DNA from: Anaeramoeba ignava BMAN
Taxonomy: Eukaryota; Protista; Anaeramoebae
Length of the DNA stretch: 64,000 bases
Direction of reading: 5' to 3'
NCBI GenBank assembly: GCA_028826165.1
Contig: JAPDFW010000070.1
Coordinates: 1 to 64,000 of the forward strand
In this document: positions 12,186-25,364 of the stretch, piece by piece
How the letters are laid out: each line of letters opens with the position of its first letter
Position numbering within the stretch: position 1 is the stretch's first letter
Translations under genes and position numbers: made by a program
Notes under the pieces: model-generated
Databases searched by the model: none
What the model was told of the DNA's origin: nothing
What the model saw: only the letters and a program-made list of their open reading frames with translations

Positions 12186-14665
12186 ATGATTGGACCTTAT
12201 AAATTACTTCAAACTTTAGGAACAGGAAGTACAGGAAAAGTAAAATTAGCAATTAATACAGAAACAGAAAAACAAGTAGCAGTTAAAATAATGCCAAAAA
12301 AGTTAGTTTTCGCAACAGAAAAAGCAAGAATAAATGCACAAAAAGAAATAGCAGTTTTGAAGTTATTAAATCATCCAAGTGTATTAAAAGTATTTGATGT
12401 TTTTGAGTCAGATGAATATTTATTTATGGTTATGGAATATATGCCTGGTGGTGAATTATTTGATTTTCTTGTGAACCAAGAATTTATCTCAACAAAACAA
12501 TCTTTGATTTTCTTTCAACAATTGATTTATGCTTTGGAATATTGTCATAATCATCTTGTTTGTCATAGAGATTTAAAACCTGAAAATATCCTTCTTGATT
12601 CTTTTGGTAATATTAAAATTGCTGATTTTGGAATGGCTGGATTAATTAATGAGAGACAATTACTTGAAACATCTTGTGGTTTCACCTCATAATATTTATG
12701 CTTAATATTTAATATTTGAATTTATTATTTAATATTAATTTAATATTTAATATTTAATATTTAATTTAATATTTAATTTAATATTTAATTTAATATTTAA
12801 TATTTAATATTTAATATTTAATTTAATATTTAATATTTAATTTAATATTTAATTTAATATTAATTTAATATTTAATATTTAATATTTAATTTAATATTTA
12901 ATATTTAATTTAATATTTAATTTATTTAATATTTATTTTAATTTAATTTAATATTTAATTTAACATTTAATTTAATATTTAATTTAATTTAATATTTATA
13001 TCTAATTTTAATATTTATTTATTTAATATTTAATTTAATATTTTAATATTTTTATTTATTTAATATTTAATTTAATATTTAATATTTAATATTTAATTTA
13101 ATATTTAATATTTAATATTTAATATTTAATTTAATATTTATTTTTAATATTTATATTTTAATTTAAATTTAATATTATTTGATATTTAATATTTGAAAGG
13201 GAAATTTGAAAGGGAAATGAATATGATGGAGTTAAATCAGATATTTGGAGTTGTGGTGTTATTTTATATGTTTTTCTTGTAGGAAGATTACCATTTGAAG
13301 GAGAATCAATAAAAGATGTTTTAATGAAAGTTTTAGAAGCAAAATATACAATTCCAGAAAATTTAGCACCAGCAAAAAAAGAATTAATAAAAGGAATACT
13401 TGAAAAAGATGTTAATAAACGATTCACAATTGAACAAATCAAACAAAATGAATGGTTTAGATCTAATTTCCCAACAAATTATAATCCTCCTCATGCAATT
13501 TTAAGACAAAGATTTATTAAACCAATTCCTGAAAACAAAATTAATCAATCCATTGTTGGAAATCTAACAACTCTTGTAACTGATAAAGAACAAATACTCA
13601 GATCTTTAACTAGTGATCAACCAAATCTTGAAAAAATTATGTACACTCTTTATATGAGAAAAGTCAAAAAAAGATACAAAACCGAAAGTAGAAAAACTGG
13701 TTTAAAATCAAGTTCTCCAGAAAATTCAGATAATTCTAACGAAAGTCAAGAAGAAAACCATAAAAACGATAATAATAGCAATAATAGAAATAATAGTAAT
13801 AGTAATAGTAATAGCAATAATAATAGTAAAAAAGAATTAAGACAAAAAAAGAAAGAAGAAAAGCAATCAAAAAAAGAAGAACAAAGAAAAAAGAAAGACG
13901 AACAGAAAAAAATCAAAGAAAACAAAAAAGCTCAAAGTATTTATTTTCAATTTAAAAATTTTTTATAACAACTTTTCTTATTAATTTATCAATTTATTTA
14001 TTATTTATTAAAAATAGAAAAAAAAGTTCGATATTCTAAAGATGATTTAGGAAGAAACAAAAGTAATCCATTTCAAAAAATTAAAAATCTAATTTTAAAT
14101 TTATTTATTTACTGATCTAATTTAATTTTATTTATTTATTTTGACAGCTTCTTCAAAAGTTAAAATTTCTATAAAAAGAAAGAATAAAAAAAGCGAACAA
14201 TTTGATCTTTCTTTTGATTTAGAAAAAGAAACAAATAAAACCAAAAAAAGTTGGTTTGGCAAACTTTTCAAAAGAAAATTCAAAAAAAAGAAAACCAAAG
14301 AAGAAAAAAAATATCAAAAGCTTCATCTTGATAATAAATTTGAACAAGGAGGAGAAATTTTCCTTAAAGATCCAACAGAAAAATTAGCAAAGAATTATTA
14401 CGTTTCTTTTTCAATAAATCAACCAATTATGGAAATTATGAGAAATTTCCAAGAAGGATTAACAAAATTGAATTTTAATTGGGCTTATCCAAATATATTC
14501 ACAATTAAAGCAAATTTCAATAAAATGAAAACTAAAATTAAATTACCAAACGGACCAATTTTAATAAATAAAGAACCAATTAAAATTTATTTAATTTCAA
14601 AACGAGGAACTGCTCAAGAATTTATTGAATTTTGCAATTCATTGATTAAAGTTTCAAATTTTTAA
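12186..14665 (+). CDS. BRSK/SAD-like kinase, copy 2; the end of exon 1 is damaged (frameshift, loss of YAAPEV and the donor site)
   Basis: Same motifs as copy 1, but exon 1 reads ETSCG-FTS* and runs into intron repeat. Downstream exons at ~13213-13936, a short exon at ~14018-14062 and 14148-14665 are intact. Confidence 0.8.
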
Positions 14666-15327
14666 TTTCTCATTTTATTTCATTTCAATTTTTTTTTGAT
14701 TTTCAATTTTGGAAATAAAATAAAACATTTTTCGATATTTGAATCAGTTTTTATCTTTTTTATTATTTTTAATAAGATCTTATTAATTTTGATCAATTTT
14801 TATCTTTATTATTTTGTTGAGTAATCTATTGTTAATTTTTATTAAATTTGCTTTTGATTTTTGTTTTTTGAGAAATTCCCCCATTTTATCTTTTTTTCTT
14901 TTTTTTTCTTTTTATTTGCTTTTCCAAAAAAAAAAACCAAAATTTAAAAAAAATAATTTAGACAAAAATCACCCCCAAAATAAAATATTAAAAAAGTGAA
15001 ATAAATTTAAACAAAAAAAAAACGAAAAAAGACTTTAAAATATTTTGAAAGCAAAATTCCATTATATCCCTCTAATCAAAAAAATTACCCCTCATTATAT
15101 TTTTTAATTAAAAAAATTCCATTTCCAAGATCTTTGATAAATTTTTACATTGAAAAATTTTTTTAATTTCCAAATAATCAAAAATAATAAAAAGAAAAAA
15201 CAGTTGTTTAGTTTTAGTTTTTAATTTTTATTTTTTTTCACTTTTTCCACAATCATTTTTTTCTTTTCAAAAATTGAAAAAATTTATTCACTTTTTAAAG
15301 TAAAAATTTTTTTGATGAAAATATTTA

Positions 15328-15590
15328 ATTGAAATAAATTGAAATAAATTGAAATAAATTGAAATAAATTGAAATAAATAATTGAATAATTGAAATAAAT
15401 TGAAATAAATTGAAATAATGATCTTTTCTTATTAATTTATTACTATTATTAATTGTTATTTAATTATTTAATTGAAATAATGATCTTTTCTTATTAATTT
15501 ATTACTATTATTAATTGTTATTTAATTATTTAATTGAAATAATGATCTTTTCTTATTAATTTATTACTATTATTAATTGTATTTAATTAA
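15328..15590. repeat. (AATTGAAATA)n followed by three copies of an ~61-bp unit, upstream of kinase copy 3
   Basis: 'gaaataatgatcttttcttattaatttattactattattaattg' occurs three times between 15412 and 15580. Confidence 0.85.
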
Positions 15591-15760
15591 AATAATATTT
15601 AATTAAGAATTTCAAAATTAACCCCTTTTTTATAATTGTTTTTTTCATTCCGCCTTTAAATTAAAAATAATTTTTTTTTCTCTTTTTCATTTTTTTTCTT
15701 TCATTTTTAATTTTCTTTTTATATTTTTATTTTAAATAAATTAGTTACAATAAAAAAACA

Positions 15761-18000
15761 ATGATTGGACCTTATAAATTACTTCAAACTTTAGGAACAG
15801 GAAGTACAGGAAAAGTAAAATTAGCAATTAATACAGAAACAGAAAAACAAGTAGCAGTTAAAATAATGCAAAAACAATTAGTTTTCGCAACAGAAAAATC
15901 ACGAGCAAATGTAGAAAAAGAAATAGCAGTTTTGAAATTATTAAACCATCCAAATGTATTAAAAGTATTTGATGTTTTTGAGTCGGAAGAGTATTTATTT
16001 ATGGTTATGGAATATATGCCTGGTGGTGAATTATTTGATTTTCTTGTGAACCAAGAATTTATCTCAACAAAACAATCTTTGATTCTGTTTCAACAATTGA
16101 TTTATGCTTTAGAATATTGTCATAATCATCTTGTTTGTCATCGTGATTTAAAACCTGAAAATCTTCTTCTTGATTCTTTCGGTAATATTAAAATTGCTGA
16201 TTTTGGAATGTCGGGTTTAATTAATGAAAACTATTTACTCGGTACTTTTTGTGGTTCACCTCATTATGCTGCTCCTGAAGTCGTGGGCGTAATATTTAAT
16301 CTTTTTTATTTTATTTTTTATTTATTTTTTTATTTTATTTATTTTTTTGATCTTTTTTATTTATTCTTTTTGATTTATATCTTTATTGAGTTATTATTGA
16401 TATTTTAATTTTATATTTTTGATATTTTTCAGTTATTTAAATTTATTAATTTTTTTTTTGGATTTTCTTTTATTATATTTTATTTATATTTATTTTTGAT
16501 ATCTTTATTTTTTTTAATTCATTTTTTTTTAAAAACTCTTGATCACTTTGATCCATTTTTAAATAATTCTTTTTTCTTTTTTATTTATTTGATCTATTCT
16601 TATCTTATTTATTTATTTATTTTTTTGATTTAATTTAATAGGGAAATGAATATGATGGAACTAAATCAGATATTTGGAGTTGTGGAGTTATTTTATATGT
16701 TTTACTTGTAGGAAGATTACCATTTGAAGGAGAATCAATAAAAGATGTTTTATTGAAAGTTTTAGAAGCAAAATATACAATTCCAGAAAATTTAATCCCA
16801 GCAAAAAAAGAACTAATAAAAGGAATGCTTGAAAAAGATGCTAATAAACGATTTACAATTGAACAAATCAAACAAAATGAATGGTTTAGATCTAATTTCC
16901 CAATAAATTATCAACCTCCTCAAGCTATTTTAAGAAAAAGATTTATTCAATCAGTTCCTGAAAAAAAAATTAATCAACAAATTGTCGAAAATCTTTCAAC
17001 TCTTGGTTTGAACCAAACAAAAATCCTCGATTCTTTAATTACTGAACAATCAAATCTTGAAAAAATTATGTACACTCTTTATATCAGCAAAATCAAAAAA
17101 AGACAAAAAATTGAAAGGCAAGAAAATAATTTGATAAAATCAATTTCTCAAGAATATTCAGATAAAAAAACAAAGAAAGAAGAAAAACGTTTGAAAAAGA
17201 AAGAGGAAAAGGAATTGAAAAAAGAAGAAAAAAGAAAAAAGAAGGAATCCAAAAAGTTAAAGACACTCGAACAACTAAGTATTTATTTTTATTTAAAATA
17301 TAAAGTTAATAATTTATTAAAATTATTATTTATATTTTTATCTATTAAAAATAGAACAAAAAGTTCGATATTCTAAAGATGAATTAAGAAGGAACAAAAG
17401 TAAATCATTTCAAAAAAAATTTCAAATCCCAAATCAAAAAAAATTTAATTTTAATTTTAATTTTTTTCTCTTAATTTGACAGCTTCTTCAAAAGTTAAAA
17501 TTTCTATAAAAAGAAAGAATAAACCAACTCAACAACAATCAAATCTTTCTTTTGATATTGAAAAAGAAACAGAAAAAACCAAAAAAAGTTGGTTTGGCAA
17601 ACTTTTCAAAAGAAAATCCAAAAAAAAGAAATCCAAAAAAGAAAAATTGCAAAAACTTCATCTTGATAATAAATTTGAACAAGGAGGAGAAATTTTTCTT
17701 AAAGATCCAACAGAACAATTAGAGAAGAATTATTATGTTTCTTTTTCAATAAATCAACCAATTATGGAAATTATGAGAAACTTCCAAGAAGGATTAACAA
17801 AACTTAATTTTAATTGGGCTTATCCAAATATATTTACAATTAAAGCCGTTTTCAATAAAATGAAAATTAGGGTTAAAACTCAAAAATGTTCTGTTTTAGG
17901 AAATACTGAATCAGTTAAAGTTCGTTTAATTTGTAAAAGAGGAACTGCTCAACAATTTATTGAATTTTGCAATTCATTGATTCAAGTTTCAAATTTTTAA
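15761..18000 (+). CDS. BRSK/SAD-like kinase, copy 3 (exons 15761-16288, 16642-17278, ~17355-17399, 17483-18000)
   Basis: HRDLKPEN, DFGMS, LGTFCGSPHYAAPE, UBA-like region, KKSWFG and KA1-like end. GT-AG introns. Confidence 0.92.
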
Positions 18001-18174
18001 TTTCAATTTCAATTTCATTTGAATTTCATTTTAATTTCAATTTTAATTTCAATTTAATTTGTTTGAATTTTTTTGAATAAATCAAATTATCAAAAATTGA
18101 AAATCTTTTTTTTAATAAATTTTCATTTTAATTTTTTAAATTTTTTAAAGAAAAAGAAAACTTGATAAAACAAA

Positions 18175-20210
18175 TTATTGAAATTGTTTTAAGCTTTTTT
18201 GAACAGGATCTTTTGTTACAGCGAGTTTTTCCATAAAAGGAATTAATTTTAATAATTCGCTATCATTTGGATCATCAATCCAAGTTGTTATTGGAATTGA
18301 ATTAGCTGATTGAAAAAGATAAGAAGAAGGTGTGTTATCAATTATAATAATTTCATCAATTTTACGTCCAAGTGTTGATAAATCCTTAACTAAATAACCT
18401 CTGTGTTGAATACAAGATTCTCTATATAATCTTTTTTTGATTCTTTTTTTTTTATCCAAATAATCTATTACTTCATCTGCATACTTTAATATTTTTTTTT
18501 AAATATTTTTATTTTTATTAAAATTGGTTTTTTTTTCTAAATTTTATTTGGAATACAAACAATAGAATCGCTTGATGTAAAAATTACAACTTCGAAAATT
18601 TTTGTAACTTTAGATAAAAATTTATCAACACCTGGTCTTTTTTGTACAAAAATTGTATAATCTTGATTTTCTATGCAAACATCAAATTGATAATCACAAC
18701 TTTTGATTTCCTATTTAATATTTAAATCAAATCAAATCAAATCAAATCAAATCAAATCAAATCAAATCAAATATTTAAATCAATTTAATATTTAAATCAA
18801 ATTAATATTTAAATCAAATCAAATCAAATCAATATTTAAATTAAATTTATTATTTAAATCAAATCAAATATTTAAATCAAATCAAATATTTAAATTAAAT
18901 TATTATTTAAGTCAAATCAAATATTTAAATCAAATTTATTATTTAAATCAAATCATTATTTAAATTAAATTTATTATTTAAATCAAATCATTATTTAAAT
19001 CAAATTTATTATTTAAATCAAATTAAATCGATATTTTAAATTTAATATTTAAATCAAATTTAATATTTAAATCAAATTTAATATTTAAATCAAAATTAAT
19101 ATTTAAATCAAATCAAATCAAATCAAATCAAATCAAATCAAATCAAATCAAATCAAATCAAATCAAATCAAATTAATATTTAAATTAAATAAATATTTAA
19201 ATCAATTTATTATTTAAATCAAATTTAATATTTAAATTAAATTATTATTTAAGTCAAATCAAATATTTAAATCAAATTTATTATTTAAATCAAATTTAAT
19301 ATTTAAATTAAATTTATTATTTAAATCAAATTAATTATTTAAATTAAATTTATTATTTAAATTAAATTTAATATTTAAATTAAATTATTTAAATCAAATA
19401 AATATTTAAATCAAATTTAATATTTAAATCAAATCAAATCAAATCAAATCAAATCAAATCAAATCAAATTAATATTTAAATCAAATTTATTATTTAAATC
19501 AAATTTATTATTTAAATCAAATTTATTATTTAAATTAAATTTAATATTTAAATCAATTTATTTATTATTTAAATCAAAATTTGGAAATAATTTTAAAAGT
19601 AAAAGAAAGCTACATCAAAAGAGCTATGAACTAATGTTTCATCTAAATCAAGAACCAATGTTTTTTTAGTAAAATCTAAATCGGATTTTTCACCAAGAAG
19701 ATTAAATAATGGTTGTTTTGTACAATAAAAATTATATTCATATTTATCAACTTCATCATTTGATGATTCTGTTTCTGTTTCTGATTCAATTGCTAAAAAT
19801 GACTTGTAAATTTTTATTTAAATATTTTTATTTTATTTTAAAAAAATCAAAAATAATTTAAAAACAACAAAAAAAAGTTATTTTCCTTACTTTTTCATCC
19901 TTTTTGGGTTCTGATTCGGGTTTAGATTTAGTTTTACTTTTTGATTTTGTTTGCGATTTTAGACAAAAAGAAAATATAAAAGAAATAATGCTAAATTCTT
20001 TTTAATTTAATTTTTTAATTGAATTTTTTAATTTAATTTTTTATTTGAATTTTTTAATTGTTTTTTTGTACTTTTTTGTATAGAATTTGTTTGTTTTTCA
20101 TTTTCTTCTGGTTTTTTTATTTCAATTTGTTGATTTTGATCAGTTTCTTTTAATTTTTTTTCTGAAAGAAAAACATTTCTTTTTTTAAGAGATCGAGAAA
20201 ATAGTTCCAT
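18175..20210 (-). CDS. SCP/CTDSP-like small CTD phosphatase (FCP1-homology/NIF, HAD fold), about 5 exons
   Basis: KKTLVLDLDETLVHSS (DxDxT) at ~19620-19667, KRPGVDKFL, FEVVIFTSS|YADEVIDYLD, RLYRESC, YLVKDLSTLGR, IIIDNTP.SY. Confidence 0.92.
18720..19580. repeat. (AAATC)n / AAATATTTAAATC intronic satellite
   Basis: Fills the ~900-nt phosphatase intron. Confidence 0.9.
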
Positions 20211-20389
20211 TTAAATAAGAAAAAAGATTAGAAAAAGATTAGAAAAAGATTAGAAAAAGATTAGAAAAAGATTAAAAAAAGAAAAAGAAGAAAAAAAATG
20301 AAAAATTTGTTTTTGAAATCTTTTTAAAAAATTAAAACAAAAAAATAAAAATTTTTCATAATTTTTATTTTAAATTTCCTAATAAAAAA

Positions 20390-21225
20390 AATATAAAAAA
20401 TAAGAATAGGTTTAATTTAATGTTTAATTTATAAATTAATTTAAAAATATAATTTAATATTTAATTTTATTATTAAAAATAATAATTTAATGTTTTAAAT
20501 TTAGATATTTTATTATTTCAATATTTAACAAATAAATATAAAAATGGGAATAGTTTAATTTAATATTTAATTTATAAATTAATTTAAAAATATAATTTAA
20601 TATTTAATTTTATTATTAAAATAATAATTTAATGTTTTAAATTTAAATATTTTATTATTTCAATATTTAACATATAAATATAAAAATAAGAATAGATTTA
20701 ATTTAATAATTTAATTTATAAATTAATTTAAAAATATAATTTAATATTTAATTTTATGTTTAAAATAATAATTTAATGTTTTATATTTAAATATTTTATT
20801 ATTTCAATATTTAACATATAAATATAAAAATAAGAATAGGTTTAATTTAATATTTAATTTATAAATTAATTTTAAAAATATAATTTAATATTTAATTTTA
20901 TGTTTAAAATAATAATTTAATGTTTTAGATTTAAATATTTTAATATTTAAATATTTAACATATAAATATAAAAATAAGAATAGATTTAATTTAATATTTA
21001 ATTTATAAATTAATTTAAAAATATAATTTAATATTTAATTCTATTATTAAAATAATAATTTAATGTTTTATATTTAGATATTTTATTATTTCAATATTTA
21101 ACATATAAATATAGAAAATAAGAATAGATTTAATTTAATAATTTATAAATTAATTTAAAAATATAATTTAATATTTGATTTTATACCAAAAATAATAAAT
21201 TTAATGTTTTATATTTAGATATTTT
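20390..21225. repeat. Tandem repeat, ~144-bp unit, ~6 copies
   Basis: The 'taagaatag' anchor (or a variant) occurs at 20401, 20545, 20687, 20831, 20975 and 21119. Confidence 0.9.
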
Positions 21226-21227
21226 CA

Positions 21228-21267
<40 letters not shown>

Positions 21268-21578
21268 CCAATCAATTACCAATTACCAATTACCAACCAC
21301 CAATTACCAATCAACCACCACCAATAACCATCAATCAATCACAACCAATTCACAACCACCAATCACCACCACCACCACCACCAATTACCACCAACACCAA
21401 CCACCACAATACCACCAATTACCAACCACCAATCAAATACCAATCAACCACCAACCAACCACCATTCACCACCACCAAATACCAATCAACCACCACCACC
21501 ACCAATTACCAATCACCATCATTACCAATCAATTACCACCAATCACCAATACCAATAATTAACCAATCAATACCAATT

Positions 21579-21640
<62 letters not shown>

Positions 21641-21645
21641 TAATC
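21228..21645. repeat. (CAAT)n microsatellite with a degenerate CCA-rich core
   Basis: Perfect caat runs at both ends and caccaccaat variants in the middle. Confidence 0.85.
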
Positions 21646-21832
21646 AATTAAATTAAGTAATAAAGTTTAATCTATTTTGATTTATTAAAATTGATGAAAG
21701 AAAGAGAAAGAGAAAGAGAAAGAGAATTTTTTTTAACGGTTTTTTTTTTATTTAAATAAAAATTTTATTTAACGGAAATTTGAAGTTATTTTTCTTTTTT
21801 TCTTTTTTTCTTTTTGTTTTTTTATTAAAAAA

Positions 21833-24800
21833 ATGGATTTTAATTTATATATTGGATCAGATTTAAAAAATATTTGGTTAATTGGAACAAAACAAAAGAA
21901 ATTAACAAAAAGAGGAGTTATTCAAACAGATATTGCCAAATTTGTGTAAAAATTAAAACCAAAATCAAAATCAAAATTAAAATCAAAATCAAAATCTAAA
22001 TTAAAATCAAAATCAAAATCAATATCAAAATCAAAATTGAAATTAAAATCAAAATCAAAATCAAAATCAAAATCAAAATCAAAATTAAAATCAAAATTAA
22101 AATTAAAATTAAAATTAAATATTTAAATCAAATATTAAAATTAAAATTAAAATTAAAATTAAAATCAAAATCAAAATTGAAATTAAAATTAAAATCAAAT
22201 TTTTAAATCGGTTTTTATCAAAATAAAAATTTTATTTAAATCAATAAATATCAAAATCAAATTTTTCTTTAAATTTTTAAAATCAAAATTTAAAATTAAA
22301 ATCAAAAACAAAAAAAAAAATTCAAAATTAAAATCAAAATCAAAAGAAAGTAAAATTCAAACAAATATTTAAATCAATATAAAAATCAAAAAACCAAAAA
22401 TCAAATATTAAAATCAAAACCAAAATCAAAATCAAAATGAAAATCAAAATCAAAATCAAAATCAAAATCAAAATCAAAATCAAAATCAAAATCAAAATCA
22501 AAATCAAATATTTAAATTAAATATTAAAATTAAAATTAAAATTAAAATCAAAATTAAAATCAAAATCAAAATTAAAATTAAAATCAAAATCAAAATCAAA
22601 TATTTAAATTAAAATTAAAATCAAAATTAAAACCAAAATCAAAATCAAATATTTAAATTAAAATTAAAATTAAAATTAAAATCAAAATCAAAATCAAAAT
22701 TAAAATCAAAATTAAAATCAATATCAAAATCAAAATCAAATTCAAAATCAAAATCAAATATTTAAATCAAATATTTAAATCAAATATTAAAATTAAAATC
22801 AAAATTAAAATCAAAATCAAAATTAAAATGAAAACCAAAATTAAAATGTGGAAAATGAAAAATAGTCAAATCATTTATAAAAAAGTATTCAAAAAATCAA
22901 AGAATTTTCTTCTTCTTCGGAAATGTGGAATATTACTTAAAGGATTAGTGATGATACATAATAAAAAATGTCAATATATGCTAGGTAATGTTTTGAATTG
23001 TTTTTGAATTATTTGAATTATTTTAATTTTTAATTTTTAGAGGAAGTTACTGATGTTCTTCGAAAAGTTCAACTTGCATTTAGACCAGATGCAATTAATC
23101 TTCCAACAGAACAAACAAGAGGAAGATCTGTGACATTAAATCAACCAAAATTTTCTGATGTTTTTCACATTTCAGATGCATTTCCAATTCAATCACCAAC
23201 AACATTTGAACCTATTGAATTTTTTGATATTAATTCTGTAATATTCAATAATAATATTCAATAATAATATTCAATAATAATATTCAATAATATTATTCAA
23301 ATAATATTCAATAATAATATTATTCAATAATAATATTCAATAATAATATTCAATAATAATAATATTTAATAATAATATTCAAATAATAATATTCAATAAT
23401 ATTCAATAATAATATTCAATAATAATATTCAATAATATTATTCAAATAATATTCAATAATAATATTATTCAATAATATTATTCAATAATAATATCCAATA
23501 ATAATAATATTCAATAATAATATTCAAATAATAATATTCAATAATATTCAATAATAATATCCAATAATAATATTCAATAATATTATTCAAATAATATTCA
23601 AATAATAATAATATTAATAATATTATTCAAATAATAATATTCAATAATACTAAATAATATTAAAGTTGGTAGTCCCAAAAGAAGGTTTACAAGCTACAAA
23701 ACAAGATATAACTCTTCCTGAAATGGAAGTTTATCGTCTCGATCTCGAAAAACTTGAATCAGAAACAAAAAGAGAATTACTTCAATCAACAGAAAGAGTT
23801 CGAGAATCAGTTCCAGTTGAAGATGGAATGGAAATTATATCAGATTTTGGACCAGATGATATTTATTCAACAGGAGATCAAGAAGGTATAAATAAAAATA
23901 GATTTAGATTTAGATTTTGATTTAGATTTAGATTTTAATTTTTCTTGAATTCTAGGCTTTGGAGAAGTACCATTTAGTGAACAAAAACCTTTAGATCAAT
24001 TCCAAACGTCTGAAATTTCATTGCGTTCACCTGAAATTCAAGCCTTTGGATCACCCACAATGATAGTTCAACCAGAAGATTTTTCTGACATGGATTTGGA
24101 GATTCCAGTTGAAGTTTTGCAAGCAAAAAGCCCGAAAAAGAAATCAACAAAACCCAAAGAAGTTGAACCACTGATTAGCAAATCACAAATAAACCGCATG
24201 GCAGAAAATACGCAAAGCATAGTTGTCAAGCCAAAAACATCGTTTTCTATGAAAGAGGAGCTTTTTTTGGATCACGAGAATCTGTTTCCAAGAGAAATAG
24301 GACAAATATTTGCAGCAGTTTCCCAATTAGAACAATTGCAATCTGTTGATTTTGAACAAGAAATTTCTGATCAAATTGGAGGTTATGAATCGCCGACAGA
24401 ACAAATTCGAGGACAAGATGAAACAGACTTAGGCATAGAAAGTGCAGATAGATTTGATCAAGAGATAGATTTTCCGAGTGGCGGGATTGATTTGATGAGT
24501 GATGATGATATGTATCAAAAACAAGATGTGCCTGAAATTAATCTTATACAAGAACATGAAGATGAGATTTTATTAGACAGAGAACCTGATTCTTTACGGG
24601 ATGTTTTCTCAGAACACAATTTAATGAGCAAAGAAAAACAACAAACACTCAGCATGTTGAAATCAACAGGGAAAATTTTATCCCCAATGAAGGCACATCC
24701 AAGTGAAGTAAAAAAGGAACCAGAATATCAATCAGAAGAAAAAGACGCAGATTTTGTGGATTTTCAAGTTCCTGAAGAAATTTCTCCGACTAAAAGAGCA

Positions 24801-25106
24801 ACTATTGTTGATTCTGTGGATATTTACAGTATCGGTTTGTTGGGTTGGCTGAATAAAGAGACTCAACGTGTTTTAACAGAGAAACAAGACAAACAATCTG
24901 AAGAAAAACAATCCATAAAAATTACTGAACAAAAGGATGTTGGCGAACTACCATTTATTCAGTCTGTACAACATTCTGACAGATTAACTGTTTCTCGTGC
25001 TTTTTATCAATTATTGGTTTTAAAAAGTAATGATTTAATTGATTTGAAACAAAAAGCTCCTTATGAAGAAATTTATATTCATCCAAAAGTAACAATTGAT
25101 GTTTAA
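21833..25106 (+). CDS. RAD21: Rad21/Rec8-family cohesin kleisin subunit (exons 21833-21945, 22866-22984, 23041-23237, 23666-23885, 23956-25106; ~599 aa)
   Basis: N-domain: LKNIWLIGTKQKKLTKRGVIQTDI..LLRKCGILLKGLVMIHNKKCQYMLEEV..KVQLAFRP. C-terminal winged helix: RLTVSRAFYQLLVLKSNDLIDLKQKAPYEEIYI. All splice phases are consistent. Rad21 vs Rec8 is not resolved. Confidence 0.9.
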
Positions 25107-25364
25107 GCAAAAAAAAAGGAGAACAAAAAAGGAGAACAAAAACAAAAATCAAAATCAAGAACAAAAACAAAATTAAAATCAAAATCAAAATCAAAATCAA
25201 GAACAAAAACAAAATTAGAATCAAAATCAAAATCAAAATCAAAATCAAAATCAAAATCAAAATCAAGAACAAAATCAAAATCAAAATCAAAATCAAAATC
25301 AAAAATCAAAAATCATTTTTTTTTCATTTTTATTTTTTTCATTTTTCTTTTTTTTCATTTTTAA

